Source: Gemmatimonadales bacterium (GTDB lineage Bacteria > Gemmatimonadota > Gemmatimonadetes > Gemmatimonadales > GWC2-71-9). Taken from it: DNA of 64,000 bases. The stretch's first letter is position 1. The number at the start of each line of letters is the position of its first letter. Below the pieces are notes generated by a model. It searched no databases. It was not told the DNA's origin and saw only the letters and a program-made list of their open reading frames with translations. The position numbers were made by a program, and so were the translations under genes. Below, piece after piece: positions 57,515 through 64,000 of the stretch. The stretch spans positions 64,001 through 128,000 of the forward strand of contig JBFJHJ010000001.1 in NCBI GenBank assembly GCA_041613315.1, given 5' to 3'.

Positions 57515-59061
57515 GGTGTGTTCGTGACCTCCACGACCTCGAGTGAGAGCCGCCCGATGAGCCGTATCAGCTCGACCTGCCGAGCCAGTCCGCCGATCGT
57601 GAACCGGAGATGCGCCGCGTCCGCCGGGAACTGGTTGAACGTGGGGTCGACCGCCACCCAGCCTTTCAGGTAGACCTCCGGCCATGCATGGTAGTAGAAG
57701 CGACCGTCCACGTACACGAGCCCCGCGGCCGTACGGGTCGGGAGCCCGACCGCCCGGGCGAGCGCGACGTACAGCACCGTGTGCTCGTTGCAGTCGCCCC
57801 GCCGGGTCTCCAGCACGTCCAGGGCGCTGGGGACACTCATCGTGATCCGCTTCTCCAGCCGGTCGTACACCCACTCCGTGAGCAGCCGCGCCACGCGTCC
57901 AGGGTGTGTCTCGCGTCCCACGATCTGGCGGGCCTGCGCCTGGATCCGGGGGTCGTCGCTCTGGATGAGCGGCTCGGCGGCGAGGAAGCGCCGCAGGTCC
58001 TCACCCCGCTCGGGGAGGCGCGGCAGCCGATACGCCGGCCGCAGGGCGTCGGCCCCCTCGCGTCGGACGACGAGCGTGTCGCCCGCCAAACTCTGCCGCC
58101 CCCCTGAGAGATCGAAGCCTGCGAGATCCACGCCGGTCAGCCGCACGCGGAGTTCGGCCAGCGCGTCGCGCGTGAGCACCGCATTCGACGCGATCGCCGT
58201 CTGGCGGATCACGTCCCCCCGCGCCAGCGCCGCGACGGAGGCGTCGTCGGTGCGGCGGAAGTTCTCGAAAGCCACCTCGTAGGCCGTCCGCCGCAGGGTG
58301 AAGCCCACCGGCGTCGTGGCCTCGACCACATGGCCCACGTCGTCGATCCATGCCTCGAGCTCGATGCCACCGACCTGCTGTCGAAGCTGCCAGGCGTGCA
58401 CGGTGTCCCAGCGCGCCGCCACCCAGGTCGCACGGGCCGGGTCGAAGCGGCCCGAGTCGGGCACCACGAAGGTGGACTCGGCGGTGACGGTCACCGCGAC
58501 GTCGCGCTCCTCGAGCAGCATAGGGTCGAACATGCGCACCGCATAGCGCCGGCCGACCGCGAGCCGCCCGCCGAACGCGAGCTGGAGCGGCAGCAAGCCC
58601 GGGAGCACGACCGGGCGTTCGAGCGGTACCCGCACCGTCTGGCGGTTGTCGGGCGTCCCGATCTCCACCGTGAGCAGCGTGTCGCCCGCGACGGTGCCGC
58701 GGGCATCGAATCGCACGGATTCCCCGCGCAGCCCCGCGACGAAGCTCCGCAAGCGCAGCCCGCGGGAGAGGACGGCCTCGGTGCGCGCGTCCATCCGCTG
58801 CACAGTCCCCAGTATCGGGATGCGTAGCAACATCCAGTCCGTGATCCGGATTTCCTCCGGGAGTGTGTCCACCTTGCTGGAGGCGAAGCCGATCTGATGG
58901 CCGTCGAGCTCGACCATGTAGTAGGTCGCCCCGGGCGTCACGTTCATCGCGGCTTCGGCCAGGAGCTCCGCCGACGGACGGAAGTACTCGCGGCGAACCA
59001 GCCACCCGAGCGCGGCGAGCCAGGTGACGAGGATGGCACTCGCCCACATGTGGCGGTTCAT
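57511..59061 (-). CDS. Membrane-anchored transglutaminase-like protein
   Basis: N-terminal TM; beta-rich mid-domain; GDCNEH, YHAWPEV, VDPTF triad. Confidence 0.85.
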   Translation of the reverse strand: MNRHMWASAILVTWLAALGWLVRREYFRPSAELLAEAAMNVTPGATYYMVELDGHQIGFASSKVDTLPEEIRITDWMLLRIPILGTVQRMDARTEAVLSRGLRLRSFVAGLRGESVRFDARGTVAGDTLLTVEIGTPDNRQTVRVPLERPVVLPGLLPLQLAFGGRLAVGRRYAVRMFDPMLLEERDVAVTVTAESTFVVPDSGRFDPARATWVAARWDTVHAWQLRQQVGGIELEAWIDDVGHVVEATTPVGFTLRRTAYEVAFENFRRTDDASVAALARGDVIRQTAIASNAVLTRDALAELRVRLTGVDLAGFDLSGGRQSLAGDTLVVRREGADALRPAYRLPRLPERGEDLRRFLAAEPLIQSDDPRIQAQARQIVGRETHPGRVARLLTEWVYDRLEKRITMSVPSALDVLETRRGDCNEHTVLYVALARAVGLPTRTAAGLVYVDGRFYYHAWPEVYLKGWVAVDPTFNQFPADAAHLRFTIGGLARQVELIRLIGRLSLEVVEVTNTP

Positions 59062-59567
59062 GCGTTCAGTTGGCTCCGGAGACAGGTTTCGAACAGTTCG
59101 CGCTCGTCGTCGCTCTCCACCACTATACACACGTCGTGGGGGTAGGTCGCCCCCTGCCGCTGCGCCTCCGCCAGCACGTCCACCATGATGCGCGCGGCGT
59201 CCTCCACGGAGAGATTGCCCGCCCCGGTGCCCAGAGGCGGCAGCGTGAGGCTGCCGAGCTGCCAGTCCGCGGCGCGCTGCAAGACGCTCACGAGCGCCCG
59301 CCGGACCCCGCCGGCCGTCACCGGCTGGTCGGCGCTCCGAATCACGGCGTGGATCACGAACTCGGCCGCGAGGTCGCCGCCGCCGGTCACCACCGCCGCG
59401 CCGATGTCGAGATCCGACTGTACGTGGAGGTGCGCGTGGAAGGCGGGCCCGCCCACCTGCTCCAACCGGCGCAGCGCCGGTGTGGTGGGCTCCAGGCTCG
59501 CGGTGGCGGGGCGAACGACCGCGTCCGACGGGACGAACGCGAGATCGTCCACCACAACGCGGATCAC
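59058..59567 (-). CDS. Macro domain protein (degenerate)
   Basis: IRVVVDDL...DAVV, GAAVVTGGGDL.AEFVIHAV, PPLGTGAG; lacks NAAN and GGG loop. Confidence 0.8.
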   Translation of the reverse strand: MIRVVVDDLAFVPSDAVVRPATASLEPTTPALRRLEQVGGPAFHAHLHVQSDLDIGAAVVTGGGDLAAEFVIHAVIRSADQPVTAGGVRRALVSVLQRAADWQLGSLTLPPLGTGAGNLSVEDAARIMVDVLAEAQRQGATYPHDVCIVVESDDERELFETCLRSQLNA

Positions 59568-60613
59568 CGTCCGGCGAGCTCCCGGGAGCGGCGGTACATC
59601 TGGGCGGCATCCTCGGGCCGGTTCAGCCGGTCGAGCACGATACCGAGGCCGTACAGCGCTTTGGGGTTGTTCGGGCGGAGCTCAGCCGCCCGCTGGTAAG
59701 ACTGGAGCGCCCCGTCGAGGTCATCCACGTGGTTGAGGGCTTCGCCCAGGTAGAAATACGCCGCCGCCCGGTTGGAATCGAGCTCGATCGCGCGGCGCAG
59801 ATAGGGGATCGCCTCGCGCCACAGCCCCTTGCGCGAGATCACGAGGCCGAGGTTGAAGTGCGCCTCCGCGTGCGCCGGGTCGAGCCGCAAGACCTTGCGC
59901 AGCTCGGCCTCGGCGTCCGGAAAGCGCCCGAGGGATCCCAGCACCGCCCCCCGGTTCACGAGCACGTCCGGATTCTCGGGCTCGTAGGTGAGGCATTCCT
60001 CGAGTTGGTCGAGCGCCGCGTCGTGCTCGCCGGCTTGGTCGAGCAGCAGGGCGAGATTGTTGCGCCCCCGCACGTGGCGCGGACTGAGCTGGAGCAGTTC
60101 GCGATAGATGCCGATCGCGCGCTGGACCTGTGCCTGCGCCGCCGCCTCGCGCGCCGCTCGGTACAGGAGATCCTCCGCCGACGGCTCGTCTCCGACCGGC
60201 CCGCCGGCGTCCAGCGGGTCATCGTCGGCTATCGGCTCGTCGGCCGGTTCGAGCGCGGCGGGCGCCGGAATGTCGACCTCGGTGTCATCCCCCTCGGCAG
60301 CGGCGTCCGCCCCCTCGACGTCCGCCAGCGCGGCCGCCGCCGGCTCGGGAACGCCGAGCGCCGGGGGCTGGTCGTCCGGGTCGCCTGCCGGCACGGCGTC
60401 GGCGGCGACGACCGGCTGCCCCTCGGGGGTATCGAGGTCGGCGGCGGGTAGATCGGCCAGCTCAAAGGGCAGGGCCAGGGCCGGCTGGGGATGCGGCTCC
60501 ACCACGTCCTCGTCGTCCGACGGGGCATCGGTGGTCTTGAGCCGGGCAGCCCGCGCCGTTAGCTCCGCGGCCATGCGCCGACGCAGGCGGCGGCGCTGCT
60601 CCCGGCGGTTCAC
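59564..60613 (-). CDS. TPR protein with long acidic disordered N-terminal region
   Basis: About 5-6 TPRs (RNNLALLL, NRGAVL, AHFNLG, AYFYLG, ALYGLG); D/E/P/A-rich linker. Confidence 0.85.
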   Translation of the reverse strand: MNRREQRRRLRRRMAAELTARAARLKTTDAPSDDEDVVEPHPQPALALPFELADLPAADLDTPEGQPVVAADAVPAGDPDDQPPALGVPEPAAAALADVEGADAAAEGDDTEVDIPAPAALEPADEPIADDDPLDAGGPVGDEPSAEDLLYRAAREAAAQAQVQRAIGIYRELLQLSPRHVRGRNNLALLLDQAGEHDAALDQLEECLTYEPENPDVLVNRGAVLGSLGRFPDAEAELRKVLRLDPAHAEAHFNLGLVISRKGLWREAIPYLRRAIELDSNRAAAYFYLGEALNHVDDLDGALQSYQRAAELRPNNPKALYGLGIVLDRLNRPEDAAQMYRRSRELAGR

Positions 60614-60963
60614 GCGGAGGCCTCCCCGGCGACCGCGGTTTCCCGCTCCAGCCACGCTAGGTATCCCGGGAGACCGACCGTGACCGGCAGGGCGATCAGC
60701 TCAGGCACGTCGTAGGGGTGGAATTGGCGGACGGCCCGCTGCAGGTCGTCCCAGCGGTCCCGGCGGGTCTTCAGCAGCACCTGCGTTTCGCCGGCCTCCT
60801 CGATCGCCCCTTTCCAGCGGTAGATCGATGTGGCGGGACCGAGGACCGTCCCGCAGGCGACGAGGCGCCCTTCCACCAGCCGCCGCACGAACGTTCGTGC
60901 CTCGTCGGCGCTGCCGAGGGTCGTGAGGACGACCAGTGTGTCCGCGCTCTGGCGTGCGCCCAT
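60610..60963 (-). CDS. cutA: Divalent-cation tolerance protein CutA
   Basis: [31 protein letters not shown]. Confidence 0.9.
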   Translation of the reverse strand: MGARQSADTLVVLTTLGSADEARTFVRRLVEGRLVACGTVLGPATSIYRWKGAIEEAGETQVLLKTRRDRWDDLQRAVRQFHPYDVPELIALPVTVGLPGYLAWLERETAVAGEASA

Positions 60964-61062
60964 GATGAGTGGTCCCTGCATGGTGAACGGCCGGGGACGG
61001 TGAAGCTACGGCCGGTCTCCCTGGGCCGCAAGGACATACGTCACACCGCCGGGGGGGGAGAA

Positions 61063-61092
61063 TTGACCGGGACTCGGAGCGTCGCGTACTTT
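61063..61092 (+). promoter_or_regulatory. Putative uvrA promoter TTGACC-18-TACTTT
   Basis: -10 ends 8 nt before ATG 61101; no clear SD. Confidence 0.5.
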
Positions 61093-61100
61093 GCAAGGCT

Positions 61101-63941
61101 ATGGCCGACGACCGCCTCATCGTACGCGGCGCACGCGTCCACAACCTCAAGGATATCTCCGTCGAGATTCCCCGGAACCGCTTGACGGTGATCACGGGGC
61201 TCTCGGGATCCGGGAAATCGTCGCTCGCGTTCGACACGATCTACGCCGAAGGCCAGCGGCGCTATGTCGAATCGCTGTCGGCCTACGCCCGGCAGTTCCT
61301 CGGGCTCATGGAGAAGCCCGATGTCGATGCCATCGAGGGGCTCTCGCCGGCCATCTCCATCGAGCAGAAGACGGCGGGGCACAACCCGCGCTCGACCGTC
61401 GGGACCGTGACCGAGGTCTACGACTACCTCCGCCTCCTCTGGGCCCGGGTCGGGATCCCCCACTGCCCCAACGACGGCTCGCCCATCGCCCGGCAGACCG
61501 CGACCCAGATGGTCGACATCGTCCTCGGCTGGCCGGCGGGAACGAAAATCGAGGTGTTGGCCCCGCTCGTGCGGGGACGCAAGGGCCAGTTCAAGGACCT
61601 CTTCGAGAGCGCGCGCCGGCAGGGGTTCGTTCGAGTGCGGGTGGACGGCGAGATTCACGACCTGGCGAGCCCGCCTAAGCTGAGCCGACGAGTCAACCAT
61701 GACATCGCGCTGGTGGTCGACCGTCTCGTCGTGCGGGAGGCCGACCGTCGCCGCGTCACGGATTCGCTGGAGACCGCGCTCCGTGCCGCGGAAGGATTGG
61801 TCGAGATCGTACGCCACGAGCCCGAGCCGACGTCCGCCGTGTTCTCCGAACGTTTCGCCTGCCCGGCGTGCGGGTACTCGCTTCCCGAGCTCGAGCCGCG
61901 ACAGTTCTCGTTCAACTCGCCGTACGGTGCGTGTCCCGACTGCGGTGGCCTGGGGGTCCGGCAGGAAGTCAGCGCCGAGTTGGTGCTGGGGGATCCGCGG
62001 ATCTCGATCCCCGAAGGCGTCGTCCTCCCGTGGGGAGAGCCCAAAGGGTACCTCCGGCACATCGTGCTACCGACGCTCGCCACCGAGCTGGGCTTCGACC
62101 CGTCACAGCCCTGGGGTACGCTGCCGGCGCGCGTGCAGCGAGCGCTGCTCCACGGGGTGCCCGACCGCACCTTCAGCTTCCGTGCGAGCAGCGGCCGGTC
62201 GGGGCAATACGACGTGCGGTGGGAAGGGATCCTCGCCAACGTCCAGCGGCGTTACGCGGACGCGGGATCGGACGCCATCCGCACGCAGCTCGCCGAGTAC
62301 ATGCAGGAGGTGGCGTGCGAGACCTGCGGCGGCCATCGGTTGCGGCGCGACAGCCTGAGCGTGCTCGTGCACGAATGCTCCATCGGCGAGGTCGTGGACC
62401 TCTCGGTGCGGGAAGCGTTGGTCTTCTTCGAGTCCGTCCCGGTGGGCTCCAACGGGCAGCGCGGGCTGGACCCGGAGATCGCGGGACCGATTCTCAAGGA
62501 AGTGACCGACCGCCTGCGCTTTCTGTGCGATGTGGGGCTGGAGTACCTGACGTTGGGTCGGGCCGCCGCGTCGCTGTCGGGCGGCGAGGCGCAGCGGATC
62601 CGGCTCGCGACCCAGATCGGTAGCCGCCTCGTGGGCGTCCTATACGTGCTCGACGAGCCCTCGGTCGGGCTCCACCCGCGCGACAACGCGCGACTGCTCG
62701 CCACGCTCCGCGGCCTTCGGGACCTGGGCAACACCGTGATCGTGGTGGAGCACGACGAAGCCACGATTCGGACGGCCGATCACGTCATCGACTTGGGGCC
62801 GCGCGCCGGCCGGGACGGCGGACACGTGGTGGCCCAGGGACCGGTGCAGGCGATCGTCGGCCACGAGCACTCGCTCACCGGCCGCTACCTGCGCGGTGAT
62901 CTCCGGATTCCCGTTCCGTCGGCCCGGCGCCGGGTCGACGGAGATCGCATCATCCGCGTCGTCGGGGCGCGCCAGCATAACCTCCAGCACCTCGACGTGC
63001 GGTTTCCGCTGGGCGCGTTTGTAGCCGTCACCGGCGTCTCCGGCTCCGGCAAGTCCACGCTCGTGACCGACATTCTCTACCGCGCCCTGGCCCGGCACTT
63101 CTATCGGGCGAAACTGCTCCCGGGCGCGCACGACCGGATCGAGGGGATCGACGAGATCGACAAGGTGCTGGACATCGATCAGAGCCCCATCGGGCGCACG
63201 CCGCGCTCCAACCCCGCCACCTATACGGGCCTGTTCACGCCCATCCGCGAGCTCTACGCGCAGCTTCCGGAGTCGAAGCTGCGCGGGTACGGCCCGGGGC
63301 GCTTCTCGTTCAACGTGAAGGGCGGGCGGTGCGAGGCGTGCCAGGGCGACGGGCTCGTCAAGATCGAGATGCACTTCCTGCCCGATGTCTACGTGCCGTG
63401 CGACGTCTGCAAGGGGCGGCGGTACAATCGCGAGACGCTCGAGGTGCGCTACAAGGGGAAGTCCATCGCGGACGTCCTCGAGATGACCGTGGCCGACGCG
63501 CTGGAGTTCTTCGACCAGCAGCCCCGCATCCGCAACCGGCTGGAACTCCTGAATGACGTCGGGTTGGGGTACATCCATCTGGGCCAGAGCGCGACGACGC
63601 TGTCGGGCGGCGAGGCCCAGCGCGTGAAGCTCGCCACCGAACTGTCGAAACGGGACACGGGCCGCACGCTGTACATCCTGGACGAGCCCACGACGGGCCT
63701 GCACTTCGAGGACGTGCGGCTCCTGCTCACGGTGCTCCACCGCCTCGTGGACAAGGGCAACACCGTGATCGTGATCGAGCACAACCTCGATGTGGTAAAG
63801 ACGGCCGACTGGGTCGTGGATTTGGGTCCGGAGGGTGGTGCCGCCGGGGGCCGGGTGGTCGCGGAGGGCCCACCGGAGGCCCTCGTCTCGGTCACCGCGT
63901 CGTTCACCGGACGCTACCTGCGCCCGTTGCTGAGCGACTGA
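61101..63941 (+). CDS. uvrA: Excinuclease ABC subunit A
   Basis: [22 protein letters not shown], zinc fingers, two [17 protein letters not shown], complete 946 aa. Confidence 0.97.
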   Translation: MADDRLIVRGARVHNLKDISVEIPRNRLTVITGLSGSGKSSLAFDTIYAEGQRRYVESLSAYARQFLGLMEKPDVDAIEGLSPAISIEQKTAGHNPRSTVGTVTEVYDYLRLLWARVGIPHCPNDGSPIARQTATQMVDIVLGWPAGTKIEVLAPLVRGRKGQFKDLFESARRQGFVRVRVDGEIHDLASPPKLSRRVNHDIALVVDRLVVREADRRRVTDSLETALRAAEGLVEIVRHEPEPTSAVFSERFACPACGYSLPELEPRQFSFNSPYGACPDCGGLGVRQEVSAELVLGDPRISIPEGVVLPWGEPKGYLRHIVLPTLATELGFDPSQPWGTLPARVQRALLHGVPDRTFSFRASSGRSGQYDVRWEGILANVQRRYADAGSDAIRTQLAEYMQEVACETCGGHRLRRDSLSVLVHECSIGEVVDLSVREALVFFESVPVGSNGQRGLDPEIAGPILKEVTDRLRFLCDVGLEYLTLGRAAASLSGGEAQRIRLATQIGSRLVGVLYVLDEPSVGLHPRDNARLLATLRGLRDLGNTVIVVEHDEATIRTADHVIDLGPRAGRDGGHVVAQGPVQAIVGHEHSLTGRYLRGDLRIPVPSARRRVDGDRIIRVVGARQHNLQHLDVRFPLGAFVAVTGVSGSGKSTLVTDILYRALARHFYRAKLLPGAHDRIEGIDEIDKVLDIDQSPIGRTPRSNPATYTGLFTPIRELYAQLPESKLRGYGPGRFSFNVKGGRCEACQGDGLVKIEMHFLPDVYVPCDVCKGRRYNRETLEVRYKGKSIADVLEMTVADALEFFDQQPRIRNRLELLNDVGLGYIHLGQSATTLSGGEAQRVKLATELSKRDTGRTLYILDEPTTGLHFEDVRLLLTVLHRLVDKGNTVIVIEHNLDVVKTADWVVDLGPEGGAAGGRVVAEGPPEALVSVTASFTGRYLRPLLSD

Positions 63942-63949
63942 GCCGCCGG

Positions 63950-63970
63950 GCCGCGCGCCCCGCGGCTTTA
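63950..63970 (+). terminator. Possible weak intrinsic terminator after uvrA
   Basis: GCCGCG-cgccc-CGCGGC followed by TTTA. Confidence 0.3.
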
Positions 63971-64000
63971 CAACCGGAGCACGGTGACACTTCTTGAAAC

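Noticed and set aside
60964..61100. LexA/SOS box upstream of uvrA
   Set aside because: No palindrome matching a LexA motif I know; the lineage-specific motif is unknown to me

Overview
A very GC-rich bacterial chromosomal segment, densely coding with about 62 genes. The gene content and protein style suggest Gemmatimonadota or a related lineage, but this is inference only. Core genes are recF-DUF721(DciA-like)-gyrB, uvrA, a short rho, yajQ, mtnA, glpK and ccmE-ccmF-ccmH, interspersed with many accessory secreted or membrane hydrolases, methyltransferases, cupins and two diguanylate cyclases. I could not support any rRNA, tRNA, CRISPR array, integrase or transposase. Points of interest: (1) an NHL beta-propeller lipoprotein plus a secreted multiheme cytochrome (14 CxxCH plus CX7CH and CX3CH) sitting on the opposite strand between DUF721 and gyrB, with a Cys-type (CxxxY) CcmE maturation locus in the same window; (2) a six-gene, fully translationally coupled operon cutA-TPR-degenerate macrodomain-membrane transglutaminase-ABC ATPase-permease, divergent from uvrA; (3) a circularly permuted ATP-grasp/alpha-E/transglutaminase peptide-ligase cassette; (4) a membrane protein-wHTH-uppS paralog operon with a palindromic operator over its -10; (5) two copper-protein folds with substituted ligands; (6) a doubly frameshifted GAF-GGDEF gene and an internally deleted DUF1835-like pseudogene; (7) apparent leaderless promoters, a recurring 25-bp palindrome and a 20-codon ORF coupled to rho. 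All family assignments come from motif recognition by eye, not database searches.
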